Source: the human T2T-CHM13v2.0 reference genome, Homo sapiens. From it: a stretch of DNA of 64,000 nt. The stretch lies in assembly GCF_009914755.1 (NCBI RefSeq), contig NC_060935.1, one strand, 5' to 3'. A model generated the notes under the pieces. That model saw nothing but the letters and a program-made list of their open reading frames with translations. It did no database searches and was not told the origin of the DNA. A program made the position numbers and the translations under genes. Within the stretch, counting starts at the first letter, position 1. Each line of letters begins with the position of its first letter. Positions 1-15,601 of this stretch are shown here, piece by piece.

Positions 1-319
1 AAGAGGCAAAGGGAAGAGAGAAACCACAAGACAGTTTCAGACTCTTTCTGGACTTACACCATTATTTGAAGTAGTAGCACTAAATACAGTTGGTGCCTTC
101 CATTGGGTTAAGTGGACCTTCTCTCCAGGACTATTAGTGATTGTGAGTCATCTTGGTTTTTCCCAGAACACATCAGTTTTAGTTGCACAAAAGTGGAACT
201 AAATAAAATAACCTATTTAATGTTGCATGATGTTAAATATCATAAAATAAATTGCTGAGTAAAAGTATGTTTAATGACAGTTAATTTGGTGTAAGGTAGT
301 TAGGATTTTTCTGAAGTAA

Positions 320-643
<324 letters not shown>

Positions 644-1011
644 TCTCACATTTCTATCAAGAGTTTTAGAAAACAGATCAAAGGTGACACCTACAAGAGA
701 GCAATCATGGTTTTTAGTGTTCATTTTCTGAGCTCTACCAAAGGAAGAGAGTAAGTCGTTTTCTCAGCTGGGGAGTTGTGTGAAAGTCAGTATACATAGC
801 ACTGATAAAACCTGTAAGGCTATTTAGTTATTTACATAATGCTGAGTCCATTAGACTCTCCAGTGAAAATGGGTACTTTCTAAATGACTAACCAAAGATC
901 GTCGTTTTGATTATCTGTTTAATCATTGTTGGGAAGGGAGGTGAGAGAGTGATGGGAATTGTTAAGAAGATGCATGCTGAGTTGAATATAGGCTGTTAAA
1001 AAGTATATATT

Positions 1012-1314
1012 ATTTATTTGTTTATTTAGAGACGCAGTCTCGCTCTATCGCCAGGCTGGAGTGCAGTGGCGCATTCTTGGCTCGGCACGCTGCAACCCCT
1101 GCCTCCCGGGTTCAAGGGATTCTCCTGCCTCAGCCTCCCCAGTAGCTGAAAGTACAGGCACACACCACACTACACCCAGCTAATTTTTGTATTTTAAGTA
1201 GAGATGGGGTTTCACCATGTTGGCCAGGATGGTGTCAATCTCTTGACCTCGTGATCCACCCGCCTCGGCCTCCCAAAGTGCTGGGATTACAAGCATGAGC
1301 CACTGTGCCTGGCC
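1012..1314 (-). mobile_element. Alu (S-like)
   Basis: Alu consensus similarity. Confidence 0.9.
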
Positions 1315-1390
1315 GAAAAGTACATATTTTAAATTTTCTTTTTCTCTAGAAACACTTGAAATTGAAAGTTGGTTATGTTAACATATATTG

Positions 1391-1697
1391 AGCCGGGTAT
1401 GGTAGCTCATGCCTGTAATCTCAGTGCTTTGGGAGGCTGAGGAGGGAGGATCACTTGAGCCCAGGAGTTTGAGACCAGCCTGAGCAACATAGACCTCGCC
1501 TCTACAAAAAAATTAAAAATTAGTCAAATAAAAAAGTTAGCTTGGCAGGGTGGCATGCATCTATAGTCCCAGCTACTCAAGAAGCCAAGGTGGGAGGATT
1601 TCTTGAGCCCAGAGTTTGAGACTACAGTTAGCTATGATGGCGCCACTGCACTCCAGCCTGGGCAACACAGTGAGACCCTGTTTCAGAAGAAACAAAA
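1391..1697 (+). mobile_element. Alu (J-like)
   Basis: Diverged Alu dimer. Confidence 0.88.
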
Positions 1698-1904
1698 GGT
1701 CAAAATGGAATACTATCTGTCTGAGGTCTAGAGTATGAATAATGCCACTTTATTGTACAGCTTTAAAAGTCTTTTTTCATGGCACTGATTATTTGTTAGT
1801 GCATTCTATTAACATTTTACTTTACTTTTGGAAAAAACAAGATGAAACCAATTGTGAAAGTAAACTATTAAATAATAACCACTGCCGGTAAACCAAAATG
1901 CTCA

Positions 1905-2315
<411 letters not shown>

Positions 2316-2399
2316 TTAATAGCGAAATAAAAGGTATTTAGACGCGTCTCTCTAAAAATTTAATTTTGTTTGACAAAAATGTTTTGGTCACCTTTGCAG

Positions 2400-2461
2400 T
2401 TCATTCTGAATCTAGACTTGCTCAGCCTAATCAAGTTCCTGTACAACCAGAAGCGACACAG
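2400..2461 (+). CDS. CAPRIN1: Caprin-1 coding exon (VHSESRLAQPNQVPVQPEATQ)
   Basis: tttgcag|T ... CAG|gtaaga; 62 nt. Confidence 0.95.
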
Positions 2462-2489
2462 GTAAGAGTGATAAAACTATTTTCTTCAG

Positions 2490-2625
2490 GGCCAGGTTAG
2501 GTGGCTCGTACCTATAATCCTAGTACTTTAGGAGGCTGAGATGGGAGGATCACTTGAGGTCAGGAGTTCAAGACCAGTCTGGGCAGTGTAGCGAGACACC
2601 ATCTCTATTTTAAAAAAATAATTAA
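2490..2625 (+). mobile_element. Alu left monomer / FLAM
   Basis: Single monomer plus A-rich tail. Confidence 0.8.
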
Positions 2626-3183
2626 AAAATATTTTTTCACTTTTGTTTTAATTGGTTCCTTGGTTTCTTTCTTAGCTTATGAAAGAAAATAAGAATTTCA
2701 TCAGTGTCCAAGTCTTCTGTTGGAATTCAGCAAATTTATTGTTGTGGATAGCTGTCAGCCTTTATTTTTATGTTTAGGTTCATTTTTCCTCTTGATGACT
2801 TTTTAAGTTTTTCTTAAGTCTTGCATTTTAAATAATGTATTATAATATAATAAGCCTTTTTTATTTAGAACTGAGAATTTCAGAAGACATAGTTTAGACA
2901 TAATTCTAAAATTTAGTGCAGATTTCTCCATCTTAGAAGTACTTGTGGAGGGCTTTTATAACGAGACTTGGGTTTATTTAACGTCGAGCTTCAAAAATAT
3001 ATATATTTTTGCAATTTTTAGGTTTTATATTATACAAATTTAAAGAGAGATGGTAATATTAATTTCTCCCTTCTTTAGCAGTTGTATCTATTTCTTAGCC
3101 TTATGCGTCTTAGAGGTAACTTGTTTTTTTAACAGTCAATTTTGTAAGCAGGAAGAAGCTTTTATTTCTTTACTTATGTCTAG

Positions 3184-3294
3184 GTTCCTTTGGTATCATC
3201 CACAAGTGAGGGGTACACAGCATCTCAACCCTTGTACCAGCCTTCTCATGCTACAGAGCAACGACCACAGAAGGAACCAATTGATCAGATTCAG
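3184..3294 (+). CDS. CAPRIN1: Caprin-1 coding exon (VPLVSSTSEG...PIDQIQ), GC donor
   Basis: tctag|GTT ... CAG|gcaagt; 111 nt, phase 0-0. Confidence 0.93.
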
Positions 3295-3533
3295 GCAAGT
3301 TCTGTTACCGGGTCACATACATTTGATGAGGCACTTACTCATGAATTGAACAGATGTACATTACCATTAATATAATGATTCTTCTTTTTGGACCTACTTT
3401 GCTTTCATGAAATATTTGAGTTTGTTAATACATATAAGTTTGAGATTAATTTACCACTTTAGTACATCTGTTCACTTTTTGTTTGGCTAAGTTTAGTTTA
3501 CCGCTAAAGTGCATCTATTCACTTTGTGTTTAG

Positions 3534-3683
3534 GCAACAATCTCTTTAAATACAGACCAGACTACAGCATCATCATCCCTTCCTGCTGCGTCTCAGCCTC
3601 AAGTATTTCAGGCTGGGACAAGCAAACCTTTACATAGCAGTGGAATCAATGTAAATGCAGCTCCATTCCAATCCATGCAAACG
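3534..3683 (+). CDS. CAPRIN1: Caprin-1 coding exon (ATISLNTDQ...NAAPFQSMQT)
   Basis: tttag|GCA ... ACG|gtaagc; 150 nt. Confidence 0.95.
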
Positions 3684-4292
3684 GTAAGCAAATTAACTAA
3701 CATTAATTGCCTAGTATGTAATATGAATCATGGTAGATTTTCTTTTCTTTTTTAAAGGTCTTCATTTAACTGTGCTTGAGTCTGCATCTTTCATTAACTG
3801 TAGGGTATATTTAATTGAACATAAACTGATTATTCCAGAGATTAACTGATACTAACGGATATTCTAGAGATAAATTTTAGCCTTATGAGTGATGTGCCTG
3901 TATCATCTTAATTTGTAGTTTTACCCTTTTGATTTGATTAACAAAAGCTTAAACATTCAGAGAAATAGACTAATATAACATCCATATAATCATTACCTAG
4001 ATTTAATAGTTGCCCTGTTTGCTTAATCTTTTATTTTACTGAAGTATTTTGAAGTTTCAGATGTTATGCTTTACCTTGATTCTTGAGCAAGCACCTTTAG
4101 AGAATTTCTAGAAAATAATAATAATACTATAATCTGTGGGGTGCAGCTAAATCGGTGCTGAGAGGAAAGTTCATAAGATTAAATATTAAAATAACTTTTG
4201 ATTAATATGTTAATAAAAATGAAAAAACATTCAACCCTGTTAAAGTTCATAGAACAAACTTCTGTAAGTGGTACTGCATCCAGGAGTTTGTC

Positions 4293-4591
4293 TTATTTAT
4301 TTATTTTTTGAGACAAAGTCTTGCTCCGTCGCCCAGGCTGGAGTGTAGTGGCGTGATCTCAGCTCACTGCAATATCCGCCTCCTGGGTTCAAGCGATTCT
4401 CATGCCTCAGCCTTTGGAGTAGCTGACACTCCAGGCATAAGCCACCATGCCCAGCTAATTTTTGTATTTTTAGTAGAGACGGGGTTTCACCATGTTGGCC
4501 AGGCTGGTCTTGAACTTTTGGCTTCAGATGATCTGCCTGCCTCAGCCTCCCAAAGTGCTGGGATTACAGGTGTGAGCCACTGTGCCAGGCC
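4293..4591 (-). mobile_element. Alu (S-like)
   Basis: Alu consensus similarity. Confidence 0.9.
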
Positions 4592-4910
4592 AGAGTTTGT
4601 CTTTTAAAAAGATTTCTCATATATGTAAAAGCATTTCCAAGGCTGCTGATTGCATGTCTTTTTATTTTTTTTAATTCCCTACTTCCATTTCACAGCATAT
4701 TATACTCCCCTTTAAGTACTATATGGTATATATGTCTTTTTCCACATTGAATCACTTGGAGGGATTTTTGTATGTGTGTGTGATGTTTTTGTGTTTGAGA
4801 CCTCTGTGATGTCTTTATTTATGTCTGAGGTAAAACCACCATTGAGTTTGGCCATGTTATAAACCAGAGAATAAAAGGATGAACTAATCATTTACTTTAT
4901 TTACTAACAG

Positions 4911-5061
4911 GTGTTCAATATGAATGCCCCAGTTCCTCCTGTTAATGAACCAGAAACTTTAAAACAGCAAAATCAGTACCAGGCCAGTTATAACCAGAGC
5001 TTTTCTAGTCAGCCTCACCAAGTAGAACAAACAGAGCTTCAGCAAGAACAGCTTCAAACAG
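4911..5061 (+). CDS. CAPRIN1: Caprin-1 coding exon (VFNMNAPVPP...QQEQLQT)
   Basis: aacag|GTG ... ACA G|gtacga; 151 nt; overlaps ORF 4911..5171. Confidence 0.95.
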
Positions 5062-5362
5062 GTACGAAATCCAGTGTCACCTCATTGGCTCCTTGCTTTC
5101 CAGCACAGTTATTGACAGTGTTAGGACAGTTTAGACTTCAGAGTGGTGGTGTCCAAGAGTTTCTGTTTTAGTAGTAGACCATATGAATTTTTCATTTCAG
5201 ATCATGAGTTAAATTGAGTCTGTACTTGTATATGTGAATTATGTGCAATTTTTGGAGGCTTTATAGCCATTTTCCTTTTGTCACTGAACTTACATAATAT
5301 CCCTGTTGCATTGTATAATTTATATGGAATTAAATTTGTTACTTGAATTACCATAAAGTGTA

Positions 5363-8197
<2,835 letters not shown>

Positions 8198-9482
8198 TGG
8201 CTATGAATTTCTTACAGTGAGATTTGATCAAGATTAAAAGCTGTTATTGATAAAAAGTGATTCTAAAATTCAGTTCTTTTGGCTACTTTGTACATGGATA
8301 CACATGAACCATTTTACAAGGAAAATGTTATGTGTATTTGTCATTCACTTACAATTTTAAATTTTGGGAATATAATAAAAGGCAATCTATGTAAAAAGAT
8401 GACACTGATGTAGTTGGTTTACTAAGTAATTCAAGAGGAGCAGTGGCTCTCTCTTTTTCTCTAGGTATTCCCTAGTGCTTTCATCGTAAAATAGGATTCT
8501 AACAACTATTAATGTATTTGGAGTTTCTTAAGGGTGTAAAATAGGTCAAGTAAAGATTTTCAAGAGTCATACAGCTGCTTTTCTCTCTGCCCCAAAAGGG
8601 GAGATTTGGGTTGGCCAGCAGCTTCTGACCCTTGTTGTTAGTGTGTGGGCCTTCCTTTGTTCTGTTGCCTTCCTCACCTCCCAAAGGTACTTTTAGCACC
8701 CTATTTTTTTCTCCTCTTTGAATTATAAACATTGTTCTGTAGTATTGAATTTTTGAAAATTTCTAGATTCTAGAACTCTGTCCATTGTGGATGGAGCTTG
8801 TATATATGTTAGTGTGTACCTTAGTCTAGAACCTTCAAGTGGGTTGAGTGCCAATGTGAGTACCATGTGATTGTTTTCTAAATTGGCTATACTTGCCATT
8901 TTAAATACTTTGAAATGGAATTTGGCATTAAGGGCTACAAGTCGAAGGCCTCTGCTGATTAAACTATGTAGTTGATGACATATTCTACCATCTAGCTGCT
9001 TAAATATGAGAGAGTGGTTTTGTATGTTTTACTAAGTAAAAAAAAGGATATTTAAAAGAATAAGAAAACTTCTACCACTAAGGAGCTTTATAATGAAAAG
9101 AAGTAATTAAATGGTACAAAATGGTAATGTACTAAGAGTAAATCTTTTGAGTTATTTTGGGTCTCTTGTGCTAAAAAGTAGATGCCTTTCAGAAGACGTT
9201 AATATAGCCTTTCAAATAATTTGTTTGGAAGGATCAATCATGCACCCTGCTTTCAAAGGTTTGGAATTGTGGTTGGAGAATTTTACCCCCAATAGCTGAG
9301 TCTAAGGGTAGGAGAAAGGTAAGAGACTTTATTCATGTGTAGTTTTTCTTATCATTGTATGCAAATTTAAGGATTAAACTTTAAGGAGACTGTATAAGAC
9401 ACTTCTTAAACTAGAAAGTGCGTGGGAGAACAAACGGTAATGAGCTGTTTATGTATATATCTTTTTCTTTTTTAAATTATAG

Positions 9483-9677
9483 TGGTTGGCACTTACCATG
9501 GTTCCCCAGACCAGTCCCATCAAGTGACTGGTAACCACCAGCAGCCTCCTCAGCAGAACACTGGATTTCCACGTAGCAATCAGCCCTATTACAATAGTCG
9601 TGGTGTGTCTCGTGGAGGCTCCCGTGGTGCTAGAGGCTTGATGAATGGATACCGGGGCCCTGCCAATGGATTCAGAG
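9483..9677 (+). CDS. CAPRIN1: Caprin-1 coding exon (VVGTYHGSP...SRGGSRGARG...ANGFR)
   Basis: tatag|TG ... AGA G|gtaaaa; 195 nt; RGG motifs. Confidence 0.95.
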
Positions 9678-10199
9678 GTAAAAAAATAAAAAAGGAGGTT
9701 CTAATGACCTTTTACTAGTTCAAATTATTTTTTGATTTGTAAAATATATCACACAGTTTTTGGGAAGGATGTATCTGCATTAGCCTCCTATGTGCAATTT
9801 AAACAATGTATATTTTGGTACAATTTGTGTATTTGGTATAATTTGTTATTTAAATAACAGATCATGGAATTTTTGTTCATTTGGTTATGTCAAATTAATG
9901 TCTACCACTATCTCCTGGAGGATAAGTATTTTCCACATTACCAAAACTTACGGGGATTGTTTATTATATTTGTACAGATGTGTGTTTACATGCATAGATG
10001 GGTTAAAAGTTTATCTTCTGAGGGGCAGTTAGTACTTACAGAAATTTATAAACAGATTGGATCAAGATAGGAAATTGGAGATTAATTTGATTAACTAGCC
10101 TGGCTTATAATTTCTAGTTCTTCCCGTCTTCATTAATAAAAAAGTAAAAATTCCTTGTGAAGATAAGAAAATTATTTCTTTTCTTGTCCTAAATTTTAG

Positions 10200-10300
10200 G
10201 AGGATATGATGGTTACCGCCCTTCATTCTCTAACACTCCAAACAGTGGTTATACACAGTCTCAGTTCAGTGCTCCCCGGGATTACTCTGGCTATCAACGG
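10200..10300 (+). CDS. CAPRIN1: Caprin-1 coding exon (GGYDGYRPSF...DYSGYQR)
   Basis: tttag|GA ... CGG|gtaggt; 101 nt. Confidence 0.95.
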
Positions 10301-10701
10301 GTAGGTAAAGTAGTTCTAAAGTGTAAACCTGAACTAAATATACCAATGAAAGTGACTTAGTGTTGTTGCTTAATGAACCTAAGTAACTAATTTGGCGTTA
10401 ACTTTGTGGTGTCCAAGACACTCTGTTGAAACAAAAGCTTTTAGCACTCAACATCAGTACTCCTTTAGTAAAGCCTGTTAAAGACAGTGATTTCCAAGAG
10501 CAGAGAAATATATTTCACTGAATGTTCTTTGAGAATAGTAGAAGTACAACAATTACAGAACAAGGTGTAGCTGTGATAAACTGATACTGAAGTGTCTAAA
10601 AGATTAAGGAAGAATTCTGTATTGAGTGTTAGACTGAAAGAATAGATGGGTAAGCATTTTTTAAAAAGTACCTTTTCAATACTAACTAGCTTGTCTTTTA
10701 G

Positions 10702-10765
10702 GATGGATATCAGCAGAATTTCAAGCGAGGCTCTGGGCAGAGTGGACCACGGGGAGCCCCACGAG
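10702..10765 (+). CDS. CAPRIN1: Caprin-1 penultimate coding exon (DGYQQNFKRGSGQSGPRGAPR)
   Basis: tttag|GAT ... CGA G|gtaata; 64 nt. Confidence 0.95.
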
Positions 10766-10785
10766 GTAATATTTTGTGGTGGTGA
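10702..10785 (+). CDS. CAPRIN1: Alternative terminal exon: read-through of the donor gives C-terminus ...PRGNILWW*
   Basis: GGT AAT ATT TTG TGG TGG TGA in frame; matches my recollection of the short Caprin-1 isoform. Confidence 0.75.
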   Translation, partial: DGYQQNFKRGSGQSGPRGAPRGNILWW

Positions 10786-11939
10786 TCCTAGCTCCTAAGT
10801 GGAGCTTCTGTTCTGGCCTTGGAAGAGCTGTTAATAGTCTGCATGTTAGGAATACATTTATCCTTTCCAGACTTGTTGCTAGGGATTAAATGAAATGCTC
10901 TGTTTCTAAAACTTAATCTTGGACCCAAATTTTAATTTTTGAATGATTTAATTTTCCCTGTTACTATATAAACTGTCTTGAAAACTAGAACATATTCTCT
11001 TCTCAGAAAAAGTGTTTTTCCAACTGAAAATTATTTTTCAGGTCCTAAAACCTGCTAAATGTTTTTAGGAAGTACTTACTGAAACATTTTTGTAAGACAT
11101 TTTTGGAATGAGATTGAACATTTATATAAATTTATTATTCCTCTTTCATTTTTTTGAAACATGCCTATTATATTTTAGGGCCAGACACCCTTTAATGGCC
11201 GGATAAGCCATAGTTAACATTTAGAGAACCATTTAGAAGTGATAGAACTAATGGAATTTGCAATGCCTTTTGGACCTCTATTAGTGATATAAATATCAAG
11301 TTATTTCTGACTTTTAAACAAAACTCCCAAATTCCTAACTTATTGAGCTATACTTAAAAAAAATTACAGGTTTAGAGAGTTTTTTGTTTTTCTTTTACTG
11401 TTGGAAAACTACTTCCCATTTTGGCAGGAAGTTAACCTATTTAACAATTAGAGCTAGCATTTCATGTAGTCTGAAATTCTAAATGGTTCTCTGATTTGAG
11501 GGAGGTTAAACATCAAACAGGTTTCCTCTATTGGCCATAACATGTATAAAATGTGTGTTAAGGAGGAATTACAACGTACTTTGATTTGAATACTAGTAGA
11601 AACTGGCCAGGAAAAAGGTACATTTTTCTAAAAATTAATGGATCACTTGGGAATTACTGACTTGACTAGAAGTATCAAAGGATGTTTGCATGTGAATGTG
11701 GGTTATGTTCTTTCCCACCTTGTAGCATATTCGATGAAAGTTGAGTTAACTGATAGCTAAAAATCTGTTTTAACAGCATGTAAAAAGTTATTTTATCTGT
11801 TAAAAGTCATTATACAGTTTTGAATGTTATGTAGTTTCTTTTTAACAGTTTAGGTAATAAGGTCTGTTTTCATTCTGGTGCTTTTATTAATTTTGATAGT
11901 ATGATGTTACTTACTACTGAAATGTAAGCTAGAGTGTAC

Positions 11940-12070
11940 ACTAGAATGTAAGCTCCATGAGAGCAGGTACCTTGTCTGTCTTCTCTGCTGTATCTATTCC
12001 CAACGCTTGATGATGGTGCCTGGCACATAGTAGGCACTCAATAAATATTTGTTGAATGAATGAATGAATG
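11940..12070 (+). mobile_element. LINE-2 3' end
   Basis: gtaagctccatgagagcagg...gcctggcacatagtaggcactcaataaatatttgttgaatgaatgaatg. Confidence 0.85.
12040..12045 (+). terminator. Intronic polyA signal AATAAA inside an L2 3' end
   Basis: cactcAATAAAtatttgttgaatgaatg in the last CAPRIN1 intron. Confidence 0.5.
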
Positions 12071-12306
12071 AGTACTGGTGGAATACTCCATTAGCTTTAC
12101 TCTTCTTTTAGCTAAGAGAACATGAGCAAATTTGCGCATGACAACTTCCAGGACAGGGGAAACTTGAACACTGAAGAATTGACCTCTTAAGCCTAATAAT
12201 GTGGTGACAGGCTGCCCACATGCTTCTTGACTTCAGATGAAAATCTGCTTGAAGGCAAAACAAATAATATTTGAAAGAAAAATCAAATGCCATTTTTGTC
12301 TTCTAG

Positions 12307-12371
12307 GTCGTGGAGGGCCCCCAAGACCCAACAGAGGGATGCCGCAAATGAACACTCAGCAAGTGAATTAA
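12307..12371 (+). CDS. CAPRIN1: Caprin-1 last coding exon (GRGGPPRPNRGMPQMNTQQVN*)
   Basis: tctag|GT; TAA at 12369-12371. Confidence 0.96.
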
Positions 12372-13490
12372 TCTGATTCACAGGATTATGTTTAATCGCC
12401 AAAAACACACTGGCCAGTGTACCATAATATGTTACCAGAAGAGTTATTATCTATTTGTTCTCCCTTTCAGGAAACTTATTGTAAAGGGACTGTTTTCATC
12501 CCATAAAGACAGGACTACAATTGTCAGCTTTCTATTACCTGGATATGGAAGGAAACTATTTTTACTCTGCATGTTCTGTCCTAAGCGTCATCTTGAGCCT
12601 TGCACATGATACTCAGATTCCTCACCCTTGCTTAGGAGTAAAACAATATACTTTACAGGGTGATAATAATCTCCATAGTTATTTGAAGTGGCTTGAAAAA
12701 GGCAAGATTGACTTTTATGACATTGGATAAAATCTACAAATCAGCCCTCGAGTTATTCAATGATAACTGACAAACTAAATTATTTCCCTAGAAAGGAAGA
12801 TGAAAGGAGTGGAGTGTGGTTTGGCAGAACAACTGCATTTCACAGCTTTTCCAGTTAAATTGGAGCACTGAACGTTCAGATGCATACCAAATTATGCATG
12901 GGTCCTAATCACACATATAAGGCTGGCTACCAGCTTTGACACAGCACTGTTCATCTGGCCAAACAACTGTGGTTAAAAACACATGTAAAATGCTTTTTAA
13001 CAGCTGATACTGTATAAGACAAAGCCAAGATGCAAAATTAGGCTTTGATTGGCACTTTTTGAAAAATATGCAACAAATATGGGATGTAATCCGGATGGCC
13101 GCTTCTGTACTTAATGTGAAATATTTAGATACCTTTTTGAACACTTAACAGTTTCTTTGAGACAATGACTTTTGTAAGGATTGGTACTATCTATCATTCC
13201 TTATGACATGTACATTGTCTGTCACTAATCCTTGGATTTTGCTGTATTGTCACCTAAATTGGTACAGGTACTGATGAAAATCTCTAGTGGATAATCATAA
13301 CACTCTCGGTCACATGTTTTTCCTTCAGCTTGAAAGCTTTTTTTTAAAAGGAAAAGATACCAAATGCCTGCTGCTACCACCCTTTTCAATTGCTATCTTT
13401 TGAAAGGCACCAGTATGTGTTTTAGATTGATTTCCCTGTTTCAGGGAAATCACGGACAGTAGTTTCAGTTCTGATGGTATAAGCAAAACA

Positions 13491-13496
13491 AATAAA
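13491..13496 (+). terminator. CAPRIN1 proximal polyA signal AATAAA
   Basis: Canonical hexamer in 3'UTR. Confidence 0.6.
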
Positions 13497-14133
13497 ACGT
13501 TTATAAAAGTTGTATCTTGAAACACTGGTGTTCAACAGCTAGCAGCTTATGTGATTCACCCCATGCCACGTTAGTGTCACAAATTTTATGGTTTATCTCC
13601 AGCAACATTTCTCTAGTACTTGCACTTATTATCTTTTGTCTAATTTAACCTTAACTGAATTCTCCGTTTCTCCTGGAGGCATTTATATTCAGTGATAATT
13701 CCTTCCCTTAGATGCATAGGGAGAGTCTCTAAATTTGATGGAAATGGACACTTGAGTAGTGACTTAGCCTTATGTACTCTGTTGGAATTTGTGCTAGCAG
13801 TTTGAGCACTAGTTCTGTGTGCCTATGAAGTTAATGCTGCTTATTGTCTCATTCTGACTTCATGGAGAATTAATCCCACCTTTAAGCAAAGGCTACTAAG
13901 TTAATGGTATTTTCTGTGCAGAAATTAAATTTTATTTTCAGCATTTAGCCCAGGAATTCTTCCAGTAGGTGCTCAGCTATTTAAAAACAAAACTATTCTC
14001 AAACATTCATCATTAGACAACTGGAGTTTTTGCTGGTTTTGTAACCTACCAAAATGGATAGGCTGTTGAACATTCCACATTCAAAAGTTTTGTAGGGTGG
14101 TGGGAAATGGGGGATCTTCAATGTTTATTTTAA

Positions 14134-14144
14134 AATAAAATAAA
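14134..14144 (+). terminator. CAPRIN1 middle polyA signals (overlapping AATAAA x2)
   Basis: aataaaataaaa followed by a GU/U-rich tract. Confidence 0.55.
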
Positions 14145-15595
14145 ATAAGTTCTTGACTTTTCTCATGTGTGGTTGTGGTACATCATATTGGAAGGGTTAA
14201 CCTGTTACTTTGGCAAATGAGTATTTTTTTGCTAGCACCTCCCCTTGCGTGCTTTAAATGACATCTGCCTGGGATGTACCACAACCATATGTTACCTGTA
14301 TCTTAGGGGAATGGATAAAATATTTGTGGTTTACTGGGTAATCCCTAGATGATGTATGCTTGCAGTCCTATATAAAACTAAATTTGCTATCTGTGTAGAA
14401 AATAATTTCATGACATTTACAATCAGGACTGAAGTAAGTTCTTCACACAGTGACCTCTGAATCAGTTTCAGAGAAGGGATGGGGGAGAAAATGCCTTCTA
14501 GGTTTTGAACTTCTATGCATTAGTGCAGATGTTGTGAATGTGTAAAGGTGTTCATAGTTTGACTGTTTCTATGTATGTTTTTTCAAAGAATTGTTCCTTT
14601 TTTTGAACTATAATTTTTCTTTTTTTGGTTATTTTACCATCACAGTTTAAATGTATATCTTTTATGTCTCTACTCAGACCATATTTTTAAAGGGGTGCCT
14701 CATTATGGGGCAGAGAACTTTTCAATAAGTCTCATTAAGATCTGAATCTTGGTTCTAAGCATTCTGTATAATATGTGATTGCTTGTCCTAGCTGCAGAAG
14801 GCCTTTTGTTTGGTCAAATGCATATTTTAGCAGAGTTTCAAGGAAATGATTGTCACACATGTCACTGTAGCCTCTTGGTGTAGCAAGCTCACATACAAAA
14901 TACTTTTGTATATGCATAATATAAATCATCTCATGTGGATATGAAACTTCTTTTTTAAAACTTAAAAAGGTAGAATGTTATTGATTACCTTGATTAGGGC
15001 AGTTTTATTTCCAGATCCTAATAATTCCTAAAAAATATGGAAAAGTTTTTTTTCAATCATTGTACCTTGATATTAAAACAAATATCCTTTAAGTATTTCT
15101 AATCAGTTAGCTTCTACAGTTCTTTTGTCTCCTTTTATATGCAGCTCTTACGTGGGAGACTTTTCCACTTAAAGGAGACATAGAATGTGTGCTTATTCTC
15201 AGAAGGTTCATTAACTGAGGTGATGAGTTAACAACTAGTTGAGCAGTCAGCTTCCTAAGTGTTTTAGGACATTTGTTCATTATATTTTCCGTCATATAAC
15301 TAGAGGAAGTGGAATGCAGATAAGTGCCGAATTCAAACCCTTCATTTTATGTTTAAGCTCCTGAATCTGCATTCCACTTGGGTTGTTTTTAAGCATTCTA
15401 AATTTTAGTTGATTATAAGTTAGATTTCACAGAATCAGTATTGCCCTTGATCTTGTCCTTTTTATGGAGTTAACGGGGAGGAAGACCCCTCAGGAAAACG
15501 AAAGTAAATTGTTAAGGCTCATCTTCATACCTTTTTCCATTTTGAATCCTACAAAAATACTGCAAAAGACTAGTGAATGTTTAAAATTACACTAG

Positions 15596-15601
15596 ATTAA
15601 A
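15596..15601 (+). terminator. CAPRIN1 distal polyA signal ATTAAA
   Basis: ATTAAA at the end of the repeat-free AU-rich UTR, followed by tggttttct. Confidence 0.65.

Noticed and set aside
4902-4910. Perfect TACTAAC branch motif abutting a CAPRIN1 acceptor
   Set aside because: Too close to the AG to act as branch point; actaat near 4883 is better placed
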